DNA from: Candidatus Bathyarchaeota archaeon
GTDB taxonomy: Archaea; Thermoproteota; Bathyarchaeia; Bathyarchaeales; Bathycorpusculaceae
Direction: 5' to 3'
Assembly (NCBI GenBank): GCA_963826715.1
Contig: CAWGYA010000006.1
Location: 1 to 64,000, forward strand
Length of the DNA stretch: 64,000 nucleotides
Under the pieces are notes generated by a model. It did no database searches and was not told the origin of the DNA. It saw nothing but the letters and a program-made list of their open reading frames with translations. Position numbers and translations under genes: made by a program. Within the stretch, counting starts at the first letter, position 1, and every line of letters starts with the position of its first letter. This document shows positions 8,750 to 18,761 of the stretch, piece by piece.

Positions 8750-9257
8750 CAAAAGCGCTCTCTTTGATTTTCTAAGCGTTCTAAACGAGGACTTGATTAA
8801 GAAGATTACCCTGGTTGCTGCAGGTGGGACAGCTATGACTCTGCTTGACCTAAAGCCATCAACCATCGATATCGACTTTACAATTCCAGGCTGCGATAGA
8901 ATAGAATTTGAACAAGCTCTAAAAAGCAATCCGCCCGGCTACAAAGTTGACCGATGGACAGACGGATGCATATTCTGCCAGACACTGCCAAAGGACTACT
9001 TGGAGAAAAGCATCCAAATCAAGGAATTCAGCCATATTGTGCTGAGGGCTCTTCAACCAGTCGATATAATTGTAACCAAAATCGGGCGGCTAAACGCAAG
9101 GGACCTGCAAGACATAGAAGCCTGCATAAAAAAGACAAATGTCTTAGAAGTTGAAATCCAAGAAAGGGCTCTGTTGGTGGTTCAATCATATGTTGGACCC
9201 GAAGAATACTATCTATACCACCTAAATCTGGTGCTAAACAAGTTCTTCAAGAAATAA
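8739..9257 (+). CDS. DUF6036/AbiEii-like nucleotidyltransferase
   Basis: LVAAGGTAM...STIDIDF and DIIVTKIGRLNARDLQDI motifs. Confidence 0.82.
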   Translation: MPCNKSALFDFLSVLNEDLIKKITLVAAGGTAMTLLDLKPSTIDIDFTIPGCDRIEFEQALKSNPPGYKVDRWTDGCIFCQTLPKDYLEKSIQIKEFSHIVLRALQPVDIIVTKIGRLNARDLQDIEACIKKTNVLEVEIQERALLVVQSYVGPEEYYLYHLNLVLNKFFKK

Positions 9258-9461
9258 AAACCTCGCAAAAATAACAATCATGAAAAAACACGCTCACTTT
9301 AGATAACGAACAACGACAGCTTTTTTCACCAAGAATAATTATCCCCTTTATATCCTTCAGAAAAACAAATCCGTCGTAGACAAGAAACATTAGAAAAACC
9401 ATATAAAAAATCTGTACTCTAATATCACTTATCTAAAAGTTGTCTGCAAAGGGCAAACTAC

Positions 9462-10292
9462 ATGAAAAATAAAAAAATATTCGTTCTTATAATAATTAGT
9501 TTTATAGTAGCGTCTGGGCAAATTTGTGTTGTGTATTCCGCCCCTTCTTTTGAACAGAATAAGGCTCTAGAGTTTATTGAAAACGTTCTTCCTATAGATG
9601 GTTCTCAATGGCATATTGAACTCAAAGTTGAGGGTAATAAAACAAATACACAAGTTCGCCAGCGACTCGAAATCAACAAAATTTATGTCAGCAATAGTGA
9701 TAATGTGTTGATCTATTTTCTGGGTTCAATGGTGGGTACTGCGGATAGCCTTGAGGTTATTCTGGCAAACAGAGAAAACAATTTTTACCAAGGGATCGTG
9801 AATATCGACAACGCACCGTCTTACAACAGCTTTGGACACCCACTTGAGGTCGCTAATATAACGAATTTCTTGATTAACTACCAGAGTTGGTCAGGGCTCG
9901 ATTCAACAAAAATGATAGAAAAACTATCAAAGGTCGACATATCCCAAAATACCAGCATAAATTCAGTCAACCTGTCGATGTCAATAAAACACACAGACGC
10001 TTCAACAGCGATCAACTGGATCTTCCAAGATTCGCGTATCTTTAGTGTTTCTTTCAAAAACAATTTTCCAATCAGTTTCTACGATGAACGCCAGATTCCT
10101 TCCATTATACCAACACCTACCACCACAGCGCTTCCAACAATTAATACTGGAGCACAACCTCCCCAAACCGAGGTCCTCCCCATTACGATTGTTGGCGCCG
10201 TCGCCATATTAGCGGCGGTTGCAGTAGCTGTTGTTTCAACTCTACTTCTCCTAAAACATCGAAAACCTGCGCATCAACAAAGTGACTTCTGA
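9462..10292 (+). CDS. Secreted, C-terminally anchored surface protein
   Basis: Signal peptide, Pro/Thr-rich linker, terminal TM helix followed by basic KHRK. Confidence 0.75.
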   Translation: MKNKKIFVLIIISFIVASGQICVVYSAPSFEQNKALEFIENVLPIDGSQWHIELKVEGNKTNTQVRQRLEINKIYVSNSDNVLIYFLGSMVGTADSLEVILANRENNFYQGIVNIDNAPSYNSFGHPLEVANITNFLINYQSWSGLDSTKMIEKLSKVDISQNTSINSVNLSMSIKHTDASTAINWIFQDSRIFSVSFKNNFPISFYDERQIPSIIPTPTTTALPTINTGAQPPQTEVLPITIVGAVAILAAVAVAVVSTLLLLKHRKPAHQQSDF

Positions 10293-10451
10293 AATTAAAG
10301 CAAAAACAAACCAATATTAAAAAAGTAAATATAGGTTTTAAACAACCCGAAAATCTAAGTGAAAAAATTTCACAATCGCCTATAGGCTAAAAGTGGGTAA
10401 ACCAAACAAAAAGCCCGCGACGACTTATGCGATCCGTCTCTTTTTAGGATC

Positions 10452-11279
10452 TTACACCTTTTTTAATGCAGATACTTTTATACTCACAACAGAGTTGGCT
10501 GCCTTCTTTACCTCATCTTCTGTCATATTCTCCATTTTGATTGCATCTTTCAAGGTGGATTCACTTACGATGTATTCAAGAGGATATGTTTTTTCTTCAA
10601 GGACTTTTACGTCTTGGAATCCAGCTTTTCGCATTAGATCAAGGTACTTATCTTTGAGCTCTGCTCCAGAGATACATCCAGCATATGCTTCAACATTATT
10701 CTGAATAGATTCAGGCAACTTTTTCAAAAGAACAATATCTGAAACCATCAATCGACCATTTGGAGCAAGAACTCTGAAAGCCTCCTCAAAAACACGCCTC
10801 TTGTTAGGAGCGAGGTTTATAACACAATTTGAAATAACTATGTCAACTGAATTGTCTGCAACTGGCAGATTCTCGATTTCTCCGAGTCTAAATTCAACGT
10901 TTGTGTATTTGCCTTTTTTTGCATTTGTTCGTGCTTTGTCTAACATTTCAGGAGTCATGTCAACGCCCATTACTTTTCCCAGCTTTCCAACTTTCTTAGC
11001 AGCTAAAAAGCAGTCAAAGCCTGCACCCGAGCCCAAATCTAAAACTCTTTCACCCTCTTTCAAAGAGGCTAAAGCTGTTGGATTACCACAACCTAATCCG
11101 AGATTAGCCCCTTCTGGAACAGCACTCATTTCTTCTTCAGAATATCCAATCATTTTGCTTACTTGCTCGTTGGTTTTCGCTGAACAACAACTGACGCTTG
11201 AAGCACAGCACGAACCATTGGTTTTAGCAACTTTTGCATAACGATTTCTAACTATTTTCTTAACTTTTTCCTCTTTCAT
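10452..11279 (-). CDS. arsM: Arsenite S-adenosylmethionine methyltransferase
   Basis: N-terminal Cys pairs, LGLGCGNP, VLDLGSGAGFD, ISNCVINL, AGCISGA. Confidence 0.92.
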   Translation of the reverse strand: MKEEKVKKIVRNRYAKVAKTNGSCCASSVSCCSAKTNEQVSKMIGYSEEEMSAVPEGANLGLGCGNPTALASLKEGERVLDLGSGAGFDCFLAAKKVGKLGKVMGVDMTPEMLDKARTNAKKGKYTNVEFRLGEIENLPVADNSVDIVISNCVINLAPNKRRVFEEAFRVLAPNGRLMVSDIVLLKKLPESIQNNVEAYAGCISGAELKDKYLDLMRKAGFQDVKVLEEKTYPLEYIVSESTLKDAIKMENMTEDEVKKAANSVVSIKVSALKKV

Positions 11280-11281
11280 AT

Positions 11282-11533
11282 TTAACTCTCCTGTTTAGTT
11301 ACTCCTCTAAGCATAGGAACAAGGGTTTTTGTTATTGCACCACGAAGACTATCGGCTTTAACCATCATTATACAGCAAACTTCACCCTCTTTTTCACAAG
11401 CAACTACAGCAATTTTGTCGCCAGGGTTGAAATCTGCTTTTTCTCGCAAATCTTTTGGGAGAACAATCTGACCTTTAACATCGATTGAAACGATTGCATC
11501 GATTCTACAGGAATCACCATCGCAGGTAGCCAT
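11282..11533 (-). CDS. Cys-containing AbrB-fold regulator (HgcC-like family)
   Basis: SCRIDAIVSIDVKGQIVLPKDLREKA...GEVCCIMMVKA; lies 2 bp from arsM. Confidence 0.8.
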   Translation of the reverse strand: MATCDGDSCRIDAIVSIDVKGQIVLPKDLREKADFNPGDKIAVVACEKEGEVCCIMMVKADSLRGAITKTLVPMLRGVTKQES

Positions 11534-11578
11534 TTTCAGTCATCCATTGATTGATGTAGACTGGTAAACTCTTAAACC

Positions 11579-11603
11579 TTTCTGAAAAATCAGAAAAATC
11601 AGA
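11579..11603. promoter_or_regulatory. Palindromic/tandem operator upstream of the AbrB-arsM operon
   Basis: TTTCTGA-AAAA-TCAGAAA plus an extra AAATCAGA half-site, adjacent to the minus-strand TTTAAG TATA (11571-11576). Confidence 0.55.
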
Positions 11604-11896
11604 TTGAATTCCTAAATTACTTATAAGAAAAAAAGCCGAATCACCTTACCAATCAGAATATTCTATGAACAATACATCATGGAAAAGCTAAATCTTCGGA
11701 TTAACACCTCGGCTTTTTGAAGGGTTCGAATCTTAACCCAAAAACCAACTCAAAATAAATAACATGAAGAGACGAAGAGGCTGCAAAGTATCAATAGCAA
11801 ACACAGTCAACCCCAATTTTTCAGGGTGAACTCAACGTGTTCAAGATCTTCAATGGATTATGCGGTACCTAAAAACTGTGGCAAATGCTAGTTTAT

Positions 11897-12184
11897 TTAC
11901 CAGCCTGCCCAACAGGGACCATATCCATAGTTATAGCCGTAGCCGCCTTGGATTGGCGCTGGTGCATCAACTCCAGTTGGAGGAGCAACATATTGTCCTT
12001 CAGATCCTTGTGCATCTCTTAATCCAAAGCAACTACCAATCCAGCCCCAGAAACCATTGTTTGATGTTTGTGTGTTAGGTGCTGCATTTGTGTAGAATTG
12101 ATTTTGGGCTACTGCCACCCCAACTACAGTTAGTGCGAGTGCTGCTATTGCGAGTATTGCGATAACGATTTTTGTGTTAGTCAT
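11897..12184 (-). CDS. Small secreted Gly/Tyr-rich protein
   Basis: GGTGA SD, signal peptide, ends GYGYNYGYGPCWAGW. Confidence 0.7.
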   Translation of the reverse strand: MTNTKIVIAILAIAALALTVVGVAVAQNQFYTNAAPNTQTSNNGFWGWIGSCFGLRDAQGSEGQYVAPPTGVDAPAPIQGGYGYNYGYGPCWAGW

Positions 12185-12326
12185 TATTTATCACCATATT
12201 ATAATATTCTAATATAAACTTATAAATGTTACTTCAAAACAAACCTTAAAATGTCCAACAAACCCCAACAATTTACGATTTAGCTTCAAAAACAAAATGA
12301 CACCAACAAGATAATGAAAGAGAGGG

Positions 12327-13037
12327 TTATGGAAGCAGTTTTTCTCTGCGAATTAGACGCCCAATAGATAGTAACAATGCAATTGAAGCAATCAAAATAA
12401 TAGCAGCAATTAATAAATCGAAAACAATGGCGTAAGCTGGGAACACAAGGGGCAAAAATAAAGCGGGAAACATTGGAACAACTCCAACGATGACACCTAA
12501 AGGCTGGTTCGCCCCCATAGGCGTTCTCTGGAAAGAACTAAAAGCAATCATGCAGACACTCACAAGAAATACTTCTGAAATACCAATTGCAAACGTAAGA
12601 ATCCCAATAGTAGCCAACACAGAAAGACTTGTTCCCACCATAACACCCACAACAGTGTTTAAAACGATTGCAAAAATGAGCAAGTATGTTGCTAAAACTA
12701 TTGAGGCTTTTACATAGCCTTTGAATATGTCTAGTTGGTCAAGACCCGTCGCTAGGAGATATTCCAAGACACCATTATTTTTATCGTACACAAAGAGCAT
12801 GATTACAGGTAAGCCAAAAAGCACAGCTGAAAAGGATAGCAACGCTATTGACAAGAGCGGGAAACTACCCACTAAATCGATGGGTACGGGAGTATTAATG
12901 TCAGTGGGAATTATTGATGGAATTATTGTCATAAGATTCGAGAGAACTACGCCATAAATAGTTGTAATGGCCCCTATGATAAAGTAACTTCTACTCAGTC
13001 TAGTGCTTCGTTTCATTGTGGCGTTCCAAAAACTCAC
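12327..13037 (-). CDS. ABC-2-type permease-like membrane protein
   Basis: About 6 TM segments, DKNNGVLEYLLATG loop, next to an ABC ATPase. Confidence 0.75.
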   Translation of the reverse strand: MSFWNATMKRSTRLSRSYFIIGAITTIYGVVLSNLMTIIPSIIPTDINTPVPIDLVGSFPLLSIALLSFSAVLFGLPVIMLFVYDKNNGVLEYLLATGLDQLDIFKGYVKASIVLATYLLIFAIVLNTVVGVMVGTSLSVLATIGILTFAIGISEVFLVSVCMIAFSSFQRTPMGANQPLGVIVGVVPMFPALFLPLVFPAYAIVFDLLIAAIILIASIALLLSIGRLIRREKLLP

Positions 13038-13039
13038 AG

Positions 13040-13888
13040 TTAGCTCTCCTCAAAAAAATCCTGCAACGGATTGTCAAGCTCTCGAAGCTCGATTATTTTA
13101 GCGCCCCCCGCTACAATTTTATTAACGATCTCCGCCACTTCCTCTGGGCTTTGAACAGTGACTACAAAATATCCGTTCTCAAGCTTGGATTTTGGAAGCA
13201 ACTTTGATATATCATTCAGAGTCTTGAAACCTACACGGTATTGTCGGGTCTTAACATTTTCTATTTTGTCAAAGTATGTCAAGGCGCCATTTTTTATCAC
13301 AATTAGATAGGTGCCGATTTCTCTTGCTTCATAGAGATTATGAGAAGAGTAAAGCACAAACTTGTTCTTGCTTAATCCGACAAGTAATTGTCGTATTTCT
13401 TTGGAGATTCTCGGATCCACGTTTGATGTTGGCTCATCAAGAAGGTACAGATCTCGTTCCCTGAGAAAGATCTTGCCGACTGAAACCCTTTTTTTCTGTC
13501 CTTGTGAGAGAGAAACAAATTTCTTGTTGCGAAGATCCTCAAGGTCTAAAATGTCAATGACATGCTCAACATCACCGCCTTCAATATCCGCATAATACTT
13601 TAAGGCATTGTAGACAGTCATTTCCTCTGGCAGTGCATTTAAATGAGAAAGGTAAGCTACCTTCAGTCTGGCTTCTTTAGAATTAAACAGATCTAACTTA
13701 TCTAGCATGACTTGACCAGAAAAAGGCCTTAAAATACCACAAATAGCTCTAAAAAGTGTGGTTTTCCCAGCGCCATTTGGTCCTAAAACAACGTAGATTG
13801 ATGGTTCAGTTAGCTTTAGATTAATCTTGTGAATTATTTCTTCTAGACCATACCCCGCGCTAAGATCCTGTAACTCAAGCTGCTGCAT
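13040..13888 (-). CDS. ABC transporter ATP-binding protein
   Basis: GPNGAGKT, LSQGQ, LLDEPT, SSH. Confidence 0.92.
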   Translation of the reverse strand: MQQLELQDLSAGYGLEEIIHKINLKLTEPSIYVVLGPNGAGKTTLFRAICGILRPFSGQVMLDKLDLFNSKEARLKVAYLSHLNALPEEMTVYNALKYYADIEGGDVEHVIDILDLEDLRNKKFVSLSQGQKKRVSVGKIFLRERDLYLLDEPTSNVDPRISKEIRQLLVGLSKNKFVLYSSHNLYEAREIGTYLIVIKNGALTYFDKIENVKTRQYRVGFKTLNDISKLLPKSKLENGYFVVTVQSPEEVAEIVNKIVAGGAKIIELRELDNPLQDFFEES

Positions 13889-14049
13889 CCCAAACCTGAC
13901 CTTCTCGCTATTTTATTGCAATCTATTTTTAAATTTTGCTTAGAGAAAAACAAAAAATCATTTAACGATCACATAAAAACACGATAAAAGACTTATGAAA
14001 CAGGCACATCACCCTAAAGTATCCACTCGATATAGAACGAGGGCGCTAA

Positions 14050-15033
14050 ATGAGGGAATTTCCCAAACCCATTGTTGTAGTCTCTAAATGTATCACTTTC
14101 GAACCCGTTAGATGGAATGGACAAATAATAGCTAGCGAATTCGTTGAAAAAATTAAACCATATGTAAATTTTATGCCTGTTTGTCCAGAAGTTGAAATAG
14201 GACTTGGTGTGCCGCGCAATCCAATCCGTATAGTATTAGTAAAGGGAGAAAAAAAACTTCTTCAGCCAACAACGGGGTTTGATTTCACTGATAAAATGGA
14301 AAAATTCTCGGAGTCTTTTTTGAATTCTTTGGATGGAGTTGACGGGTTTATTCTTAAAAGTGCCTCTCCGAGTAGTGGTTTTAAAAATGTAAAAGTTTAT
14401 CCAAGTATTGAAAGTGTCTCGTCAATAGAGAAGGCCGCCGGATTTTTTGGGGGAGCAGTTGGTCAGAAATTTTCAAATTTGGCAATTGAAGATGAGCGCC
14501 GTCTGCTTAACCCAAGGATTGGAGAACATTTTCTTACGAAACTTTTCACTTTAGCTAGTTTTAGAGAAGTAAAAAAATCTGGGAAAATCAGAGATCTGGT
14601 TAAATTTCAATCAGATAACAAATACTTGTTCACAGCTTACAATCAAACTGAGCTAAGAATCTTGGGAAAATTAGTGGCAAACCAAGAACACACTCCTTTT
14701 GATGAAACAATATTGAGTTATGAGACTCACTTGTATTCTGCTTTGGCACGTACTCCCAGCGCTGGCTCAAACATAAATGTCATGTTAAAAATAATGGGGT
14801 ATTTCTCACATCAACTTTCAAAGGACGAGAAAACATTCTTCCTTAATTCTGTTGAAAATTACAGGGAGGGAAGGTTGCCGTTGAGTGCATGCATGAATGT
14901 ATTGAAGGCTTGGATTGTCAGGTTCAAACACGAATACTTAATGAGTCAAACTGTACTTGAACCATACCCGGAACAACTTGTAGAACTGACCACTGTTTTC
15001 TCAGCGGATAACGTAAAAAACTACTGGAAATAA
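14050..15033 (+). CDS. DUF523 + DUF1722 protein (YbgA / 2-thiouracil desulfurase-like)
   Basis: SKC...VRWNG, PVCPEVEIGLGVPR, LKSASPSSG; C-terminal YLMSQTVLEPYP. Confidence 0.88.
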   Translation: MREFPKPIVVVSKCITFEPVRWNGQIIASEFVEKIKPYVNFMPVCPEVEIGLGVPRNPIRIVLVKGEKKLLQPTTGFDFTDKMEKFSESFLNSLDGVDGFILKSASPSSGFKNVKVYPSIESVSSIEKAAGFFGGAVGQKFSNLAIEDERRLLNPRIGEHFLTKLFTLASFREVKKSGKIRDLVKFQSDNKYLFTAYNQTELRILGKLVANQEHTPFDETILSYETHLYSALARTPSAGSNINVMLKIMGYFSHQLSKDEKTFFLNSVENYREGRLPLSACMNVLKAWIVRFKHEYLMSQTVLEPYPEQLVELTTVFSADNVKNYWK

Positions 15034-15183
15034 AAAATAAATAACTATCTAACTTAATCACTCATCCCTATTCTTTAGACTTAATTGATAATCTGCCTGT
15101 TAAAGCTCTTTATTTTCGTAGACAAAGCAGAGTAGTTTTGCTTTGATGAGTACTCTAAAAAAGGAGAACAGATAATTTAGTAA

Positions 15184-15672
15184 TTGCCGGTGTTAGAAAT
15201 CAAAGAAGTAAAGATGCCAAAAATGAAAGAAAACGAGATCGAAGAATTAATTAGAGGACAGTTCCTTTGTCGAATAGCCTTCAAAGATGATTTGCACCCT
15301 TACATCGCCCCTTTTCAGTATGCTTATGTTAATGGTAATATTTACTTTCATTTCACAGATTACGGGAAGAAGAAAAGTTTTTTCAAGCAAGAAGCCCCTG
15401 TTTGCGTAGAAATTGAACAATATACTTCAAATCTTAGCGAATATGGGTTCGTGGCACTTACTGGCAAACTAAGATTGGTGGAAAATCTAGAAGAAAGAAA
15501 AATGGCTATTGAAAAGATGGCTGAAGTGGGCAAACAGAAAATTTCAAAAAACTTTCTGTTGGCCCATGGCTTTTCCATGGGTTCCGATTGGAGCGATTTT
15601 ACTCTTGATAAACCGATTTTAATAATTAAGCTTGATGAAGTGATTGAGAGGATAGGTCTCAAGTCGCCTTAG
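15184..15672 (+). CDS. Pyridoxamine 5'-phosphate oxidase-like (NimA-type) flavin-binding protein
   Basis: LCRIAF...PYIAPFQY...IYFH...GKK...VCVEIE. Confidence 0.8.
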   Translation: MPVLEIKEVKMPKMKENEIEELIRGQFLCRIAFKDDLHPYIAPFQYAYVNGNIYFHFTDYGKKKSFFKQEAPVCVEIEQYTSNLSEYGFVALTGKLRLVENLEERKMAIEKMAEVGKQKISKNFLLAHGFSMGSDWSDFTLDKPILIIKLDEVIERIGLKSP

Positions 15673-15969
15673 TTTAATAGTAAAATTATTAAAACGGCAC
15701 TATTGAAGATCTCCTAAAAAACATACCAAAAATTACAGAGTTTTAACATAGTGAAAGGAAAAGTTCCGGCAAGCGACGTGCTGCGAAACCCAAAACGAAC
15801 AATAATTCAAGATCAAGGTGTAAAGATTGACGCAGTAGAATGGCACATAACACAAATCAGTCAAAATCAATGGCGCAATTAATGTAATCGACAAATTATT
15901 ATTGCCAAAGTAGAGGAAAACAAAAATACCTTATTTTTTTATTATTATTTTGCTCAACGGTGGATATTA

Positions 15970-16983
15970 GTGGAAGACATAGTAGTTGTTGATAGCCTGC
16001 ATAAAACATACGGAAAAAATGTAATTGCTGTAGATGGCATAACATTTAAGGTTAAGAAAGGAGAGATTTTCGGCTTCTTGGGCCCGAACGGTGCAGGTAA
16101 AAGCACAACCATAAAAATCCTCACGACATTACTTGAAAAAACATCTGGAATAGCCAGAATCGATGGACTAGACATCGATGCCGACCAAGTAAAAGTAAGA
16201 CGGATAATCGGCTACTCTTCACAGGAAGTAGGCGTAGATGACGATCTTACAGCCCGAGAAAACCTTATGCTTCAATGCAGCTTTCATCACATCCCAAAGG
16301 AAAAAGCGAAAACTAAAGTAAACGAGCTTCTGCAAACTATCCGTCTTGCTGAGGCTGCAGATCGACGATTAAAAACATTTTCTGGGGGGATGAGAAAACG
16401 TTTGGACTTAGCCTCATCCCTTGTCTCAGATCCAAAAATTCTATTCTTAGATGAACCAACAACAGGGCTAGATCCTCAGAGTAGACAAGACATTTGGGAA
16501 TACATCGTGAAACTAAATCGCCAAGGAATGACAATTTTCCTAACGACACAATATATGGAAGAAGCAGATCGGTTAGCCAACCGGCTATGCATAATCGACC
16601 AAGGCAAGATTGTAGCAGAAGGAACACCCAACGAACTTAAGGCTCAAGTCGGAGCAGACAAGATCACGATACGTTTCAAAATAGATGATCTTGATAGTTG
16701 CGAGAAAGCCAAGAATTTACTGTCTAAGCTTCAAGGAATTGAAGCAGTGGGTAACTGTGGGGATGGAGTGGCTGCTCAAAACGGCTTAACAATAATGACT
16801 AAAAATGGTTCAGCTTTAGTCACACAGGTAGTAAGAGCTTTGGATGGAGCTGGAATCAATGTGGAACAGCTCAACTTGTCGGCTCCTACTCTTGATGAAG
16901 TCTTTCTAAAGCTTACCGGAAAAACGTTGAATGTAGTGGAACGCAAGCAAACAACGGGTGGATGGGGCAGAAGGAGAAGATAA
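15970..16983 (+). CDS. DrrA-like ABC exporter ATPase
   Basis: GPNGAGKST, FSGGMRKRL, LDEPTTGLDP, TLDEVFLKLTG. Confidence 0.92.
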   Translation: MEDIVVVDSLHKTYGKNVIAVDGITFKVKKGEIFGFLGPNGAGKSTTIKILTTLLEKTSGIARIDGLDIDADQVKVRRIIGYSSQEVGVDDDLTARENLMLQCSFHHIPKEKAKTKVNELLQTIRLAEAADRRLKTFSGGMRKRLDLASSLVSDPKILFLDEPTTGLDPQSRQDIWEYIVKLNRQGMTIFLTTQYMEEADRLANRLCIIDQGKIVAEGTPNELKAQVGADKITIRFKIDDLDSCEKAKNLLSKLQGIEAVGNCGDGVAAQNGLTIMTKNGSALVTQVVRALDGAGINVEQLNLSAPTLDEVFLKLTGKTLNVVERKQTTGGWGRRRR

Positions 16984-16985
16984 AA

Positions 16986-17768
16986 ATGATGGAAATGCTA
17001 TCCGAAATCGTAGCGATTTTCTCTCGTTGGAACAAGAAATTACTTCGTCAGCCTATCTTGATCTTCTTTAATCTTATTCAACCATTAGTTTGGTTTCTTC
17101 TTTTTACCCAAGCCTTCTCAGCAATTGGAAATATCCCTTCATTTCAGTTGCTTACGGGCACTAGCAGTTACATTACATTCTTCACTGCAGCTGTAATAAT
17201 TCAAACAATTGCTTCTTCCGCTCTTAACACCGGTATCGGTTTAGTTAATGATTTTGATAGCGGTTTTATGGATAAAATGAAAGTAGCACCGATCAACAAA
17301 TCCTCAATATTGTTCGGCAGACTCTTCAGCAGCGCACTTACCACAGTTATTCAAGTGGCAATAATACTAGTCATCGGTTTAGCCTTGGGAGTAAACATCG
17401 CTTCAGGCATAGCAGGGGCGATAATAATTTTCATTTTAGCTGCATTATTTGGAATTGCCTGGTCAGGCATATCCTTGTTTGTAGCTCTAAATACAAAGAA
17501 CGCAGAAACCACACTTTCAGTGGGACTGTTAACGACCTTTCCACTGTTATTCCTATCAGCATCAGTAATGCCCATCGGACTACTACCCAGTTGGGTTCAA
17601 CAAGTAGCAACCGTCAACCCCTTCACCTACATAGCTGAGGCGTTTCAATCATTAATCATAAACGGCTTGGTCTGGCAAAAAATAGAATACGCTCTAATTG
17701 CAATACTCATTGTTGGAATACTAAGCTTAGGCGCGAGCATCTTACTTTTCAGAAGAAAAGTAGCATAA
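16986..17768 (+). CDS. DrrB-like ABC-2 permease
   Basis: LIQPLVWFLLF, DFDSGFMDKMKVAP, NPFTY; start placed at the ATG just after the ATPase stop. Confidence 0.88.
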   Translation: MMEMLSEIVAIFSRWNKKLLRQPILIFFNLIQPLVWFLLFTQAFSAIGNIPSFQLLTGTSSYITFFTAAVIIQTIASSALNTGIGLVNDFDSGFMDKMKVAPINKSSILFGRLFSSALTTVIQVAIILVIGLALGVNIASGIAGAIIIFILAALFGIAWSGISLFVALNTKNAETTLSVGLLTTFPLLFLSASVMPIGLLPSWVQQVATVNPFTYIAEAFQSLIINGLVWQKIEYALIAILIVGILSLGASILLFRRKVA

Positions 17769-17930
17769 CACACACAAAACCATGAAATTTCACTTAATGT
17801 TTAAATTGATACAAAAAATATAGTTCTCAGAAAAAAATACACATTAAAAGCTATTTCAAGGCTAAAACGCAACCATTAAGCTAATTAATCTAAAAGTATT
17901 AAATAGAATAAGGCGAAAGGAGGAATAGTA

Positions 17931-18761
17931 ATTAACTATAAAGAAAGACAGGAAATAATTGCAAAATCACCTATCTCGCTCAGATACCTAAAGAAGTTCA
18001 ACATTGGCGCAGGAACATTACAACTGATTAATGGTATTGTAATTTTGGCCTTAACTTTTCTTCTAACTTGGCCTAAAGGCACAGACATCTACACCTTCTA
18101 CTTAACATTCGCCCATGTAAGTCCAACAAACCTTGCAATTCTTGCATCACCAAACCCCCAAGTTCTCTTCACTGTAACTCATTTGGGACTCTTGCTTGCC
18201 GCTTTTCCTCTGATCTCGGCATTTGCACATTTCATGATTGCTTTTCCAAAAAACAAAACCTACAACGAAAACTTGAAAAAAGGAATGAATCCCTACCGAT
18301 GGTTCGAGTACGCTTTTTCAAGTTCCATAATGATCTGGATAATCGCAACTTTTGTTGGAATCTGGGACTTTTGGTCGCTATCAATGATATTTGTTTTGAA
18401 CGCTATGATGATAATGTTTGGATATCTAATGGAGTTGGTAAATCAGAAAACAGAGAAAACAAATTGGGCATCGTTTATTTTAGGATGTATATCCGGCGGT
18501 TTTCCCTGGGTTGTTCTTTTTGCTTACTTCGGAGGTGCTGTAGCATCAAGTGCAGGCAGCGTTCCAAACTTCGTTTATGTGATATTCATTGTATATCTGG
18601 CGCTGTTCATGAGCTTTGCAGTCAATCAAGTTCTGCAATACAAGGGCGTTAGTAAATGGAGAGATTATCTTTATGGCGAAAGAACATACATTGTACTTAG
18701 TTTCGTAGCGAAAACATTTCTAGTCTGGTTAGTGTTTGCAGGTTTATTCAAACCCTTCTAA
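17931..18761 (+). CDS. heR: Heliorhodopsin (HeR)
   Basis: NPYRWFEYAFSSSIM (counterion Glu), SAFAHF, GERTYIVLSFVAK (retinal Lys); the frame extends upstream of TTG 18045 to ATT 17931, 7 nt after GGAGG, adding TM1. Confidence 0.93.
   Translation: MNYKERQEIIAKSPISLRYLKKFNIGAGTLQLINGIVILALTFLLTWPKGTDIYTFYLTFAHVSPTNLAILASPNPQVLFTVTHLGLLLAAFPLISAFAHFMIAFPKNKTYNENLKKGMNPYRWFEYAFSSSIMIWIIATFVGIWDFWSLSMIFVLNAMMIMFGYLMELVNQKTEKTNWASFILGCISGGFPWVVLFAYFGGAVASSAGSVPNFVYVIFIVYLALFMSFAVNQVLQYKGVSKWRDYLYGERTYIVLSFVAKTFLVWLVFAGLFKPF

Noticed and set aside
11721-11740. GGGTTCGAATC resembling a tRNA T-loop or att site
   Set aside because: The T-stem pairs poorly, there is no acceptor, D or anticodon arm, and no second copy or integrase is present
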